Source: Thecamonas trahens ATCC 50062 (Eukaryota; Protista; Apusomonadida). Taken from it: 64,000 bases of DNA. Positions 21,071 through 32,973 of the stretch are shown one piece after another (positions within the stretch are counted from its first letter, which is position 1; every line of letters starts with the position of its first letter). The position numbers and the translations under genes were made by a program. The DNA lies in assembly GCF_000142905.1 (NCBI RefSeq), contig NW_013657623.1:25928-89927 (forward strand). Direction: 5' to 3'. The notes below the pieces were generated by a model that worked only from the letters and a program-made list of their open reading frames with translations, had not been told where the DNA came from and searched no databases.

Positions 21071-22444
21071 ATGCAGAGCGTTGGCAGGCGAGGTGGAGGC
21101 GGAGAACGAGGAGGGCGACGAGGTGTAGCAAGTGCGGCGAGTACGACGAGTACGGCAAGTGCAGGGGCAGTGCCTGGCGCTGGTCCGCGGCCGTCGGGTG
21201 CGCTCGAGTACCTCGAGCATCATGCGCTGCGGGCGGTGTTTGAGGCTATGACCATAGCGGTCATTGTCAATCGTCCCGACGATCCGCTCAGTTATCTCGC
21301 TGCCCATCTCCAGGCGCTGCCGTCGCCAATGAACCACGCTGAGCGGACACGCCTCGCTACCTCTCCGGAGTACTACATGGCCGCGCCCGAGCCTGCGTCT
21401 GAGCCGGTGTCAGCGCCTAGGCCGGGCCGCGAGCCGCCAGCTGCCCCGATGACCGAGGATGAGCCAGAGGCTGTGGTCGAGGCCGGTGGGGGTGAGACCA
21501 AGGCTCAAGCTGGAACGTTGGCCGATGATGCAGCTGAGGCGACAGTGCTGGCGGTGGATGTGTGGGCGGGAAAGCGTGCCGGTGGCGTTCGGTATATGGA
21601 GGACGACGCGCTGGCGCTAGCGTCTGTCTCGCCGCGATCGTATCCGTTTGACGGTCTGTTGGGGGTCTTTGACGGCCATTCGGGCGACAAGAAGGCCGGG
21701 CGGGCGGCGGCCGGGCTGGCCAAGGTGCTGGCCGCCGGCGAGTTTGTGCGGGCAGAACAGGCGGCGCTGCGGTCGCGCGATGTGGAACTCGATGTGGACA
21801 AGGTCTTTGTCAACATGTTCGACGCCATGCAGCGGATGATGGTGAAGCGGCTCAAGCGCAATGTTGAGTACGCTGGGACGACGGCAACAGTGGCAGTCAT
21901 CCGTGATGACGGCGATCTGCTGGCGGCTAACGTGGGCGACTCGTCGGGCCTGCTCTGCACCTACTGGCTTGACGCTGGTGAGGAGCAGCTGGCGGCGGTG
22001 GCGACACCGCTGACAACAGACCATGTGGCCACAGACGAGGTCGAGCGCGAGCGAGTGGTTGCTGCTGGTGGCTTTATCACCGACGATGCCAAGTTTGGCC
22101 GCAGGGTCAACGGCCTGCAGGTGACGCGGTCGTTGGGCGACGTCGGCTCGCCGGGCACGGTGGCCACGCCGTCGACAACACGGATTCCGCTCGGCAAGGG
22201 CAATGTACTCGGAGTGGACGTCCCGCCGAACGCCGTCTCGCTCGTCCAGTACGTGGTCCTGGCCTCGGACGGGGTCTGGGGTGGCATCTCGGTCCAGGCG
22301 CTCCTCGATGAGATCATTCAGCCCGAGATGCGCGCCGCGGCGGCCGGGGAGGCGATCCTGAATGCCGCCGAGGAGAGGGCAGATCCCAACGCGCTGGATA
22401 ACTTGTCGGTGGCAGTCTATTGCCGAGTGACCAAGCCTGTGTAA
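21071..22444 (+). CDS. PP2C/PPM phosphatase with N-terminal RIIa/Dpy-30-like docking domain
   Basis: YLEHHALRAVFEAM..AVIVNRPDDPLSYLAAHL; MEDD, FDGH, ANVGDS, LASDGVW, DNLS. Start could be 21020. Confidence 0.85.
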   Translation: MQSVGRRGGGGERGGRRGVASAASTTSTASAGAVPGAGPRPSGALEYLEHHALRAVFEAMTIAVIVNRPDDPLSYLAAHLQALPSPMNHAERTRLATSPEYYMAAPEPASEPVSAPRPGREPPAAPMTEDEPEAVVEAGGGETKAQAGTLADDAAEATVLAVDVWAGKRAGGVRYMEDDALALASVSPRSYPFDGLLGVFDGHSGDKKAGRAAAGLAKVLAAGEFVRAEQAALRSRDVELDVDKVFVNMFDAMQRMMVKRLKRNVEYAGTTATVAVIRDDGDLLAANVGDSSGLLCTYWLDAGEEQLAAVATPLTTDHVATDEVERERVVAAGGFITDDAKFGRRVNGLQVTRSLGDVGSPGTVATPSTTRIPLGKGNVLGVDVPPNAVSLVQYVVLASDGVWGGISVQALLDEIIQPEMRAAAAGEAILNAAEERADPNALDNLSVAVYCRVTKPV

Positions 22445-22461
22445 AGTGAACCGAGTGTGGG

Positions 22462-25400
22462 TTACGGTGAGGGCGAGGCCGCTGGCGGGTCGAGATGGAC
22501 CATGCCACCAGCGACAAGCTCGCGGACTCGTTCGACGTCCTCGACACGAGCCTTGAGCACGCCAAGCTCGTCCTCGGCCAGGTCGATGTCCATGGCAGCA
22601 ACCTGTCCCGCGATAGCCTTTTCGCGATCCTGGAGCTCGCGTAGGCGGGCGAAAAGCTCTTCGTCGTCCTCTTCGTCGAGGTCTTCGCCGTCGGCGTCGA
22701 TCCAGATCCCGTTCATCGTGCACCACGCGTCAGTGGCCGCGTCGACAAATTCGGTGGACCACGGGATGGCGAGACCCAGCTGCGAGGGGCGAAGGAAGAG
22801 GCCAGTGGCGGGCGGGGCGTCAAAGTAGCGGACGCCGTCGAGCGAGCCGTCGTTCTTGCCGGTGCCAACGGCGTCAACCTCGATGCCGACCCAGGTGCCG
22901 GCGGCAAACTGGGTGGCGCCGACGTAGCGAACCACGCCCATAGTGTGGGTGTGGAGGCGCCAGACCCGATCACCTCGGCGGAAGGCATGTGGCGACTTGA
23001 TGATGTGCAGGAGGTCTGGGCGGACAAAGACGCCGTGGCCCGGGGCGCAGGCAAAGAACTGGATGCCCATGCAAAACCCGTTGGTCCCGACCTCGCCGTA
23101 GTGGCGCGGGCCGGCGATGCCAACAAACTCACCAGCACCCGGGAACGGGAGCGAGCCGACGTACTTGACAGCCGCGAGGGTGTCTTCAAACTTGACTGGA
23201 AGATCGGCGAGGGCCTTGGTGCGGGCAGCGAGGACCTTGGCGGCCTTGGCAGCACGGCGGTCGCGACGGGCTCGGGCTCGGGCCTCCTGCTCCTCCAGCA
23301 GCATGCGCTCGCGGCGAAGATGCATCTGGAACGCCTGCCGCTCGGCGCGGAGTTTGCGTGCTTCGGCAAGAGCCTTGCGCTTGAGCTGGGCCGACTCTGC
23401 AGCGCGACGGTGTCGCTCCTGCTCGCGGACAGCAAGCTTTTCCTCGATCTCGCGCTGTTGCGCGGCCATGGCGGCGCGGGCGGCGGCAATCTGCTCCTGA
23501 CGCTTGGCATCCTTAAGGGCTTGGATGGCAGCGAGGCGCTGCTCTTCGGCGAGGGCAATGGCGCGGGCACGCTGGGCGCGAGCCTGGTCGAGAGCGTGAG
23601 TGACGTTCTCAAGCGCCGACGACCATGCGGCAAGAGATGCGGCGGCGAGGGCGGCCTTGGCTTCGTCGTGGACGTCAGCGGAAAAGGTGTCAATCGCAGC
23701 GGTAGCAGCAGCGCGAGCAGGGCGAAGCGCGGCCTTGGCCTTCCGAAGCATGGTCTTTTCGGCGTCGTGAAGGGCCGAGGCGACAAAGTCGTCGAGGAGA
23801 GCAAGCTCCGAGGCTGTAGCTGAGGCGTAGCGGGCGGCGTCGGCGGCGAGTGGATCAAAGACCCGGGCGCGAAAGGCAGCCTCCTTGCGAGCGGCAGCAG
23901 CGGCCTCCTCGGCCGCGAGCTGGGCCTCGGCCTCATCGGGCGAGGCTCCGGCGGCGATGAGCGCGCGCTTGCGCTCGTTTCGGCGCGCAAGGGCGGCAGC
24001 GGCAGCGCGGAGATCAGGAAGGCGGGCAAGGGCTCGATACGTGTCAGCGAGGGCGCGGAGATGGGCAGCGGCGACCCGCTTGCGCTCGGCGAGAGCGCGC
24101 AGGGCCGCAGTGCGGACAGTATTGAGCGCCTGCCACAACTTGTCCTTGAGGAGAATCTTAGAGTGGCCGATGGCGTACATCTCAGATGGGTCCAACAGGC
24201 GGGTGCGCGGACGAGCCTGAGCTGGGTCGTCGGAGACGTCGTCTGCCTCGGGAGGCGGGAGCGGCGCAATGCGATCAAGGACATCGAGATCAAGGGCCGC
24301 AGCAATGAGATGATTGAGGAGAAGCGAGAGAGTCTCATCAATGGATGAGGGTGAGGGGCTGGCGGCAGCGGCCTTCAGCTGCGGCGGGCGTCGGTGAGAG
24401 CATCGGCAAAGTGTGCGATAAAGTCGGACTTGCGGCGCTCAACAGGAAAGCCGGCAAGGCGCATCTCGATGATGGCGTACATGCCGGCGGAGACAAGCTG
24501 GTCAAGGACCTTCCAATCTTCAAAGAACCCGCCCTTGCGCATGACGCAGTTGGGCTTGACGCAACGAACAAAAAGGGCCTGGGTCGAGGCGAGGGCAGAC
24601 GAGAGCGAGCGAAGCGAGGCAGAGAACTTGGAGGCGACGGTGCGGCGAGAGGCGCGGGCGCGGGAAGACTGTGCAGCGGCGTCGCTGTCCCGGGTGGAAG
24701 CATGAGCGGCGAGGCCAGCGACGAGCGGCGAGGTGGAGGTGGCGAGGAGATCAGAGCAGTCTTGGGAGAGGGCATCCATGTTCTTTTGGACTGCGCCGAT
24801 GGAGGTGTACCAGACAAGGCCGGCGTAGTGGTGGATGAAAAAGTCTGTCTCGTGCTTGTGGTGGCGCATGTCGGGCTTGAGATGCCAGCCGAAGAAGTCA
24901 GCCTTGTCGCGCTTCCAGTCTGCGGGTGCCAGCGGGCCTGTCTTACGCTTGCCATACTTGCGAACAATGTCTGCGAGCCACTTTGCGTCTGCGGCACGGG
25001 GATTTGCCTGCATGTCGCGGGAGACGGAGGCCATTTTGGTGACAGAGTCGAGGAGCGAGAGCAGCGAGGCCTTGGGGCCCATGATAAGGTCGATGCACCC
25101 GGCGTTGTCGCGATAGACAACCGAGTCGACGGTCACGCCCTCTACGGCGTACTTTGCGGCTTGAGCGGGGATGAGCGACTCGAAAAAGTAGTGCTGGAGA
25201 ACCTCGTTGGTGAGGTTGATGCAGAGCTGCTCAAACTTGTTGGCAGTCTCGACAGAGCCGTCGGGTAGCGATTCCTGAAACGACTCAAAGCCAAAGATGT
25301 CGAGGACACCGATCCATGTGGCAGCGCCGGCGCCGGCAAGCACGCCGTTGATGTGCTTCTCGACAAGGCCCTCGAAGAAGAGGCCGTAGACGGCCTTGGC

Positions 25401-26725
25401 CAGTGCATCGGTGGTGTCAGAGGCCTGGACTGGCGTCAGGTTCTTGGCGACGTTGTCGCCGATGCGGACAGTGGTGAGCGCAAGCTCGAGCGCGTCTGGG
25501 CCGCCAGGAATGCCGAGCAGTTCTGCAGCCTTGACGAGCGGGGCCGGATCGACGACAGTCACGCGGGCAGTGTCGTCCTCGGGGTTGGGGCAAAGGTGAT
25601 TTGGCCGAGGTGAAGGACGGCTGCGATGACACCGAGCATGGCGTCGACAAAGTTGTCGCCAAAGCCGAGGGTGGCGAGGTGGGCAAGGAAGCTCTCGTAG
25701 CGACCAGCATCGTCAAGGGGTTCGCCAGCCTTGTCAAAGCCGTAAGAGGCTGCATTAGCGCCATCGGGCCCGATGAGATAGCGGTAGTCCGTGACAGTGG
25801 TGAGGCCAAGGGCAGCAAGGCGGGGCGGCGGGAGGGCGGCAAAGATCATGTAGAAGATGTGGTAGTTGCGTTCGCCAGGCTCCTGGGCAACGATGCGCGA
25901 CTTTTCGAGGAGGTACTGCTCAATGGCGGCGCCAACAATGGCGCCCGAGGTGGAGAATTGGATCTGGACAAACTTGCCAAACCGCGACGAGTTGTCATTG
26001 CGCGAGGTCTTGGCATTGCCAAAAGCTTCCAACACCTCTGAAGTGGCGAGGATCTTATCGTTGATGGAGGGAGATGAAAGTGATGAAGAAGAGGCACTGG
26101 CAGTGGCGACGGCAGCGAGGTAGTGGAGGACATGCTTGGTCGACTCGGACTTGCCTGCGCCTGACTCGCCTGAGACGACGATGGACTGGTTGGTGGCCGA
26201 GTCGAGCATGCGGGCGTAGGCCTCTGCACCGACAGCAAAGATGTGTGGGCTGAGCGGCGGGTCATGGGCGAGGCGCGAGCCCTTGTACATCTCGACATGC
26301 TGCGGCGAAATGAGGCCCTTGTCCTCGAGCGGGTTGATCACCACGAGCACGTCGCCGACATAAGTGTAGTACTCCATAGGCGAGGCCTTGTATCGCAGGC
26401 GGAGGTTGTGCATGAGCTCACCAACAGCAAGATCAGCCAAGTCGACCATGTTCTCCCGACCTTGAACATTCGATTCATCCATATGTTGCACATACGCCGC
26501 ATCGCCTGGGCGAATGACGACCTTTTGCGGAAGCACGGGCATCGCCGGCGCGCATGTCGGGCAAAGGTCACCCCATTGCGGAGCAAGTGTGAGCGAGCTC
26601 TCGTCAGAAGCAAGGACAATACCAGCTACTTTGGGTGGTGAAGGCGTAGGTGTAGGTGTGGGCGAGGGGTATGGGTAGTTGCACAGCCAGACTGCCGTCT
26701 TGGGAGGGTAGTCAGGGAAGGCCAT
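22462..26725 (-). CDS. Myosin with coiled-coil/helical tail and two C-terminal CAP-Gly domains (~1421 aa after repairing 2 frameshifts)
   Basis: GESGAGKS, LEAFGNAKT.RNDNSSRFGK, YLLEKSR, ERNYHIFY, LDIFGFE, FVRCVKPN, converter IGHSKILLK, IQ-like helix, CAP-Gly GKNDG; single-C deletions near 25587-25590 and 24386-24388. Confidence 0.85.
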
Positions 26726-26980
26726 GGACGGCGGGGCCCGAGGCAGAGGTTGGCGCCAAGTGGTGGCTAGTGAACGCGCAAAGGACGAACAACTTGAAAC
26801 ACGGAGGGAGTGGGGAGGAGGGGGGGGGCGGATGATCATGATCATGATTGGGGCGGGGGTGGGTGGGTGATCGGGAGGTTAGGGGAAGGGGGAAGGGGTA
26901 CGGTTGGGGCAAAGGGGTGGGAGGGGAGCCCTGGTCTCGGCTCTGGCGGTGGCTTGATCGGCGGGGGGGCGGGGGGGGGG

Positions 26981-27797
26981 NNNNNNNNNNNNNNNNNNNN
27001 NNNNNNNNNNNNNNNNNNNNNNNNNNNNNNNNNNNNNNNNNNNNNNNNNNNNNNNNNNNNNNNNNNNNNNNNNNNNNNNNNNNNNNNNNNNNNNNNNNNN
27101 NNNNNNNNNNNNNNNNNNNNNNNNNNNNNNNNNNNNNNNNNNNNNNNNNNNNNNNNNNNNNNNNNNNNNNNNNNNNNNNNNNNNNNNNNNNNNNNNNNNN
27201 NNNNNNNNNNNNNNNNNNNNNNNNNNNNNNNNNNNNNNNNNNNNNNNNNNNNNNNNNNNNNNNNNNNNNNNNNNNNNNNNNNNNNNNNNNNNNNNNNNNN
27301 NNNNNNNNNNNNNNNNNNNNNNNNNNNNNNNNNNNNNNNNNNNNNNNNNNNNNNNNNNNNNNNNNNNNNNNNNNNNNNNNNNNNNNNNNNNNNNNNNNNN
27401 NNNNNNNNNNNNNNNNNNNNNNNNNNNNNNNNNNNNNNNNNNNNNNNNNNNNNNNNNNNNNNNNNNNNNNNNNNNNNNNNNNNNNNNNNNNNNNNNNNNN
27501 NNNNNNNNNNNNNNNNNNNNNNNNNNNNNNNNNNNNNNNNNNNNNNNNNNNNNNNNNNNNNNNNNNNNNNNNNNNNNNNNNNNNNNNNNNNNNNNNNNNN
27601 NNNNNNNNNNNNNNNNNNNNNNNNNNNNNNNNNNNNNNNNNNNNNNNNNNNNNNNNNNNNNNNNNNNNNNNNNNNNNNNNNNNNNNNNNNNNNNNNNNNN
27701 NNNNNNNNNNNNNNNNNNNNNNNNNNNNNNNNNNNNNNNNNNNNNNNNNNNNNNNNNNNNNNNNNNNNNNNNNNNNNNNNNNNNNNNNNNNNNNNNN
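26981..27797. other. Assembly gap (N run)
   Basis: Ns flanked by poly-G. Confidence 0.99.
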
Positions 27798-28302
27798 GAG
27801 AGAGCGAGAGAGTGGAAGAGCGGGAGAGCGGGAGGGGGGGGGGGGGGGAGATGAGATGATGATCAAGTCGTTGTGATGGGCAAGTATGCGACATGGATGA
27901 TCAAGGCCATGATGAGGGTGATGAGAGTGAGTGCGAATGAATCAAGACTGATCAGAGACATAATCAGGTATGAGAAAGAGAACAAACGTGCTCAGAGTCT
28001 CTGATGATGGCTCATTCTTCCCATCCGAGGCAGTTTGAGTCGCGTGGTGAGAGGCGAGGGATTGTTGGTTGAGCGTTAACGATAAATGCAACGTTGGCAG
28101 CTGATAATGGCGGAAGTTGTGTCGATTGTTCGGTGATGACCGACAGACCGCCAGCCAGCCTGCCAGTCAGCCTGCCAGCCAACCAGCCAGCCAGCTGCAC
28201 ATACTGCACTCTGACCACATAGTTATTGGTGTGTGTGTTGGTGTGTGTGTGTGTGAGTGTGTGTACTTGGTGCCGTTGTGTGTATAGAAGAGCCTGCCGA
28301 AC

Positions 28303-29396
28303 ATGCTTGTGAGGGACAAGCGCAGTGCAAGAGCCTCGCTGCATCGTCAGCTGGAAGCCGTGTTTGGAGCCGAGACCAGCAGCCAGGGCAAGGACAAGGG
28401 CAAGGGCAAGAGCAAGAGCAAGAGCAGGTCTCGTCGTCAAGGTGAAAGGACAAGCCGCTCGACAGCGTCATCGACTTCGGGATCGACTTCGGGTTCGGGT
28501 TCGGGTTCGGGCTCGGGATCGGGTTCGAGCTCGTCGGGTCTGGAGTGGTCGGAAGAGCGATGGGGGACAGGCATGCCGCCTGGAGTGCTGATGTTGTCCA
28601 ATGCTGGGATTGGAAATGAGGGCGCGAAAGAGGTGGCAAGAGAGGTGAAGAGTGATGGAAAGAGGGAGGTGCCGCGAGTGACAGACGTGCATCTCTCGCA
28701 CAACTACATCGGTGACAAGGGCGCGGCGTATCTGGCCTACGCCGGAGCGCATCTCACCTCGCTCTTCCTCGGCGCCAACGAGATCGACGACACGGGTATC
28801 CGGGCGATCGGCGCCATGCTGCGGCGGCGTGGGTGCGCGCTTCGGGTTCTCTCGCTGTGGGGAAATAGCTTTGGTCCGCGCGGTGCGCTCTCGCTCGCCC
28901 GCGGCATCAAGCGGTCCAAAACGCTCAGGCAGCTCGATGTCGGTAACAACTCGGCAATGGGCGAGGAGGGCATGCGAGCGCTGGCCAAGGCGCTCCGCGG
29001 CAACTCGACGCTCGAATCGCTCAACCTCTCGCGCAACGGCATGGACGACGCCGGGCGCATACACTCGTCAAGGGTCTTGCCGGCAACCGTGGCCTGGTCG
29101 AACTCGATCTCTCGCGCAACGCCATCGGCAACGCCGGGGCGCGGCAGCTCGCCAAGCTAGTTGCCGCACATGGCTCGGTCCTCGCCAGCCTCAACCTCCG
29201 GCACAACACCATCAGCAACCGCGGGGCGCGGCATCTACTCCAGGCCTATACCGCACATGCTGCCGACATCAACATCAACGGCAACGCCTCTGTCTCACGC
29301 AAGTACATCCGTCGTCTCCGGGTAGCCGGCCTTTCTGCCACCGGCACCCTCGGCGGCGAGCTGATCCGGGCCGAGGAGAGTGACAATCGCGATTGA
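28303..29396 (+). CDS. RNI/NLRC3-type leucine-rich repeat protein; frameshift near 29053-29055
   Basis: 28-aa LxLxxNxIGxxGAxxLA repeats that continue in a second frame to TGA 29394-29396; 5' end uncertain. Confidence 0.8.
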
Positions 29397-29855
29397 AGGC
29401 TTCTGAGGCAGCGATGTCGCGTCAGAACAGACCCCACTACTGCTAGCTAGAGCCGTATCACACAGTACATGAATGTGTTGCGAATGTGATTGGAGCCTGA
29501 TGGGTCAGGGTGGGCCCGATTGGCCACCATTGCAGCGGGCGGCCAATCAAAGCGGTGCGGGGAGTGGACACGCCGACAGGCCGACTGGCCGATTGGCCGA
29601 CTGCCTGACACTGGGCACAGTCGACTCTGATTGACAGGCCATGGTAGGCAAGCGGATTGGAAGGAGTGATGGAGGTAGGAGGGAGAGAGAGAGACTCATG
29701 GGGAGAAGGGGGGTTTGGGTGGGGGGGGGGGGGTATGGTAGGCGCTGGCTGGGCGTCCGAGTGGCTGGAAGCGAGAGCGAGCGTCTGGTGTGTCGGTCGG
29801 TCGGAGAGGGATTCGGTCGGGGACTCGGTCGGGGACTCAGTCTGGAGGGGCATCG

Positions 29856-31997
29856 ATGGGATCAGTGGAGGCATTGGAAGGCTTGAAGGCTACCTTTTTA
29901 GATAGTCAGCAGCTTCTCACGCCGCAGCCGAAGAATGGTCGGCAAGGCCAAGAGGAGGATTCTCAGGCCATCGCGGCCGAGGGCAAGATGGCAGACTTGG
30001 GAAGGAGATCAGGCTCGGCAAGGATGTGGGGGGAGAGAGCAACGTCGTTATGGGATGGAGAAGTAGATGAAGCAGAGACTTGGGCCTCAGAGCGGCGGTC
30101 GAGTCGGACGCTCGAGTATGTGCCGTATCGTTCGGTGGGAACTCGTGTTGTCGTTCGTCCCGAGAGTGGGTTGGAGCACAACGGGGTACTGCAGGTCGGG
30201 TCACGGTCGGTGTCGCGGTCACCTGTGGGGATGGCAGGGTCTGGTCGGCGTAGTTCGCCACTCTCTGATGGGTCGCCGCGCTCGCTGAGAGTGCTGGCGG
30301 CCGAGATCACTGGTGAAGAGACAGAGGCGGAGACTGAGGGCAAGAAGCAGCAGCAGCAACAGCAGCAGCGGCGAGAGGAACAGCCGCGGAGGCGGAGACG
30401 GCGGAGGCGGAAAAAGACGTTGGAGACTGCTGCCGCGGAAGCTGAGGGCCGATCTCCGGCCCGGTCAGTGACCGATGAGGTGTCGATGGTGTCGTCGCCA
30501 TCGCAGGCCGAGGCCTACTATGACGGTGAGCGCAACGCAGCCGGGCGGCGCGAGGGGTTTGGCGTGTATGCACCGCCGGGCGGTGGAGTTTACGAGGGTG
30601 AGTGGCGGAACGGGAAGCGCGAGGGCCAGGGCTCGTATCGGTGGCCGGACGGGCGGGTGTATGTCGGAGGATGGAACCGCGGTCGGCGGGACGGGATCGG
30701 CATGTACTACGACGGCAGCTCGCTGTTCCGCGGGAGATGGGAGCGTGGAGTGGCTCAGGAGCTCACCTTTGTCCGCAAGTACGCGACGGCGACAGATGGG
30801 ACTGTGAGTGGCACACGGTCCGATGAAGAGAGCGAGGAAGAGCCGGTGCCGCGGCGGCTGCCGGCGCACATCGACACGCCGATGGCACTGCCGGTCTTAC
30901 CAAGCATATGGAGCCCTCACGAGCAGGCGGCATTTGTGCGGTACTTTCCGCTCCTCGGCAAGGACTGGTACATGCTCTCGTCGCTCATCCCGACCCGGAC
31001 ACCGGCTCAGATTCGGCGGTACTACCGCGAACACCGGGCCGAGGACGGACTCAGCACATTGCTCTGCTTCCACGACGGAAGCCCACGGCGCGGGGCCTTC
31101 TTTGACGAGTCGGACTCGAGCGACGAGCACGAGTTCCTTGGTGGCAACGACGAGACGGGCGACGACGAGCACGTGGTAGCGAGTGATTTCGAGGCGGCGC
31201 TCGTCCGACGTATCCACGCGGCGTGGCGAGCGAGCGAGGCCGAAGCTGTGGCGATCGGCAACGAGCACGTGGCCACGGTGGCACAGGTCGAGCTCCTCGC
31301 CGTCGTCGTTAGCAACTTTGTGGCGCATTCGGAAGAGTTGGCGGCGGTGCGACTGAAGCTTGAACTTCAGACGATTGCGTGCCCACTCGACGAAGCGACG
31401 CTGGCGGCAGTGATTGCGGCGGCTAGTGCCACGGATGTCGCGGCTGCGGACGATGGCAACGAGTGGGAGGTGACGGTGCGACAGGCGCAGTTGCTGCGAC
31501 TGGTTTGGGCGTATGTGGCTCAAGCTGAGACGCCACTGGTGGACGTTGCCGACGTGGTCGCGCTTTTGCTTCAGGAAGACAGCAGCGTGATCAGCGGGGA
31601 CAGGAGCAAAGGCGATGCCAACGCGGTGGCGGCGTTTGTGGAGGAGGCACAAGCAGCGCTCGCCGAGGAGCTTGGCAGTGGCAGCGACCACGGGCGGATG
31701 GTGGAGGTCTTTGCTGCTGCGCTCGCCGAGCCAGTGCCTCGCCGAGCAGAGCTGAAGGAGGAGGCCGAGCTTGGGACGGCGGAGCGGGTGACGCTTGGTC
31801 TCCGTGCAGCCGCGGCCGGTCTCGGACAGGCCGCGAGCCTGGTGGCAGGCACGATCTGGATGCCGGCAGCAAGCGCAGACGAGAACCACGCTGGCGAGAC
31901 AGCACGAGCTGTAATTGCCGCGCAGGCTGTGGCGAAAGCGCAAGAAGCGACAAGCGCTCCGGCTGTGGTAGCGCTTGCAGCCGCGCTTGCGCAGTGA
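29856..31997 (+). CDS. MORN-repeat plus SANT/Myb domain protein
   Basis: YEGEWRNGKREGQGSY-type repeats; WSPHEQAAF...GKDW..LSSLIPTRTPAQIRRYY; basic NLS-like run. Confidence 0.8.
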   Translation: MGSVEALEGLKATFLDSQQLLTPQPKNGRQGQEEDSQAIAAEGKMADLGRRSGSARMWGERATSLWDGEVDEAETWASERRSSRTLEYVPYRSVGTRVVVRPESGLEHNGVLQVGSRSVSRSPVGMAGSGRRSSPLSDGSPRSLRVLAAEITGEETEAETEGKKQQQQQQQRREEQPRRRRRRRRKKTLETAAAEAEGRSPARSVTDEVSMVSSPSQAEAYYDGERNAAGRREGFGVYAPPGGGVYEGEWRNGKREGQGSYRWPDGRVYVGGWNRGRRDGIGMYYDGSSLFRGRWERGVAQELTFVRKYATATDGTVSGTRSDEESEEEPVPRRLPAHIDTPMALPVLPSIWSPHEQAAFVRYFPLLGKDWYMLSSLIPTRTPAQIRRYYREHRAEDGLSTLLCFHDGSPRRGAFFDESDSSDEHEFLGGNDETGDDEHVVASDFEAALVRRIHAAWRASEAEAVAIGNEHVATVAQVELLAVVVSNFVAHSEELAAVRLKLELQTIACPLDEATLAAVIAAASATDVAAADDGNEWEVTVRQAQLLRLVWAYVAQAETPLVDVADVVALLLQEDSSVISGDRSKGDANAVAAFVEEAQAALAEELGSGSDHGRMVEVFAAALAEPVPRRAELKEEAELGTAERVTLGLRAAAAGLGQAASLVAGTIWMPAASADENHAGETARAVIAAQAVAKAQEATSAPAVVALAAALAQ

Positions 31998-32013
31998 GCG
32001 GCAGAAATAGATG

Positions 32014-32973
32014 TCAGAGGATCTCACGCGGAACGTCAAGCGGAGTGAGGCAAGGGAGAATGGCAGCAGCGAGGTCATCCGTGGCAGCGACGAGGCAGTT
32101 GCGTGCGCAGAGATCAAACGCCGAGCCATCGGTGGAGTAGAGGACAGCGCCGAGTTGGCGGAGAAAGACAACGGCAGCGGCCATGTCCCAGATGTGCAGA
32201 CCATGAATAAAGTAGGCATCAAGAGCGCCCGTGGCAACGAGAGTCATGGCCATGACTGCGCAGCCGATGTTGCGGATGCCGCGGCAGGGATCTGGGTCGC
32301 CTGCGAGAGCGGTCTCTGCAGCGTGCTGTGCGGCAAGAGCTGTATGCGAGCGGTCGTACGAGTAGCCTGTGGCAATGAGAGCTTGAGCAATGGTGGTAGG
32401 CGGTGGGGTGGGGCGGTCAGCAAGCGGGACGAGCCATGTCGAGCCATGGAGCATGCCCAGACCGAGCCAGGCAAAGTAGAGGCCGTCGCGGAGAAAGGGT
32501 GCCGCAACAAGGCCCACGAGCGGCTCGCCAGCTACCACGACGGCGATGGAGATGCAGACAAAGGGAAAGCCGTGAGTGTAGTTGGTTGTCCCATCGACCG
32601 GATCGATGACCCAAGTGATGGCAGATGGGCCGAAGAAGGTGTCGCCGGACGCAGCCGAGGTCGACGACGGTGCGGACTCTTCGCCGATGCGATGATGGTG
32701 CGGGAAGCGGGCGGCGATGGTGTCAAAGGCCATGCGCTCAATAGACAGATCTGTCTCGGTGGCAAAGTCAATGGAGGAGGACTTGAACGCTGCTGCAGTG
32801 TTGCTTGCAGACGCCTGGCCATCAAGGAGAGCGGTGACGGCAAAGGTGGCGATGTCGGCAGCAGTGGTGACAATGGCGCACGCATCGGTGAGAGGAACCA
32901 TCGCTGGGAGATTGTGAGTTGGAAGGGCGGCGAGTAGCAGATCGCGTGCGGCAGCGATGGTGGCGATGTCCAT
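32014..32973 (-). CDS. IMPA: Inositol monophosphatase
   Basis: FATETD, IGEE, WVIDPVDGTTNY, WDMAA motifs. Confidence 0.92.
   Translation of the reverse strand: MDIATIAAARDLLLAALPTHNLPAMVPLTDACAIVTTAADIATFAVTALLDGQASASNTAAAFKSSSIDFATETDLSIERMAFDTIAARFPHHHRIGEESAPSSTSAASGDTFFGPSAITWVIDPVDGTTNYTHGFPFVCISIAVVVAGEPLVGLVAAPFLRDGLYFAWLGLGMLHGSTWLVPLADRPTPPPTTIAQALIATGYSYDRSHTALAAQHAAETALAGDPDPCRGIRNIGCAVMAMTLVATGALDAYFIHGLHIWDMAAAVVFLRQLGAVLYSTDGSAFDLCARNCLVAATDDLAAAILPCLTPLDVPREIL

Noticed and set aside
26712-27894. ORFs spanning N runs (also 54076-54715 and 60885-61251)
   Set aside because: Artefacts of translating assembly gaps
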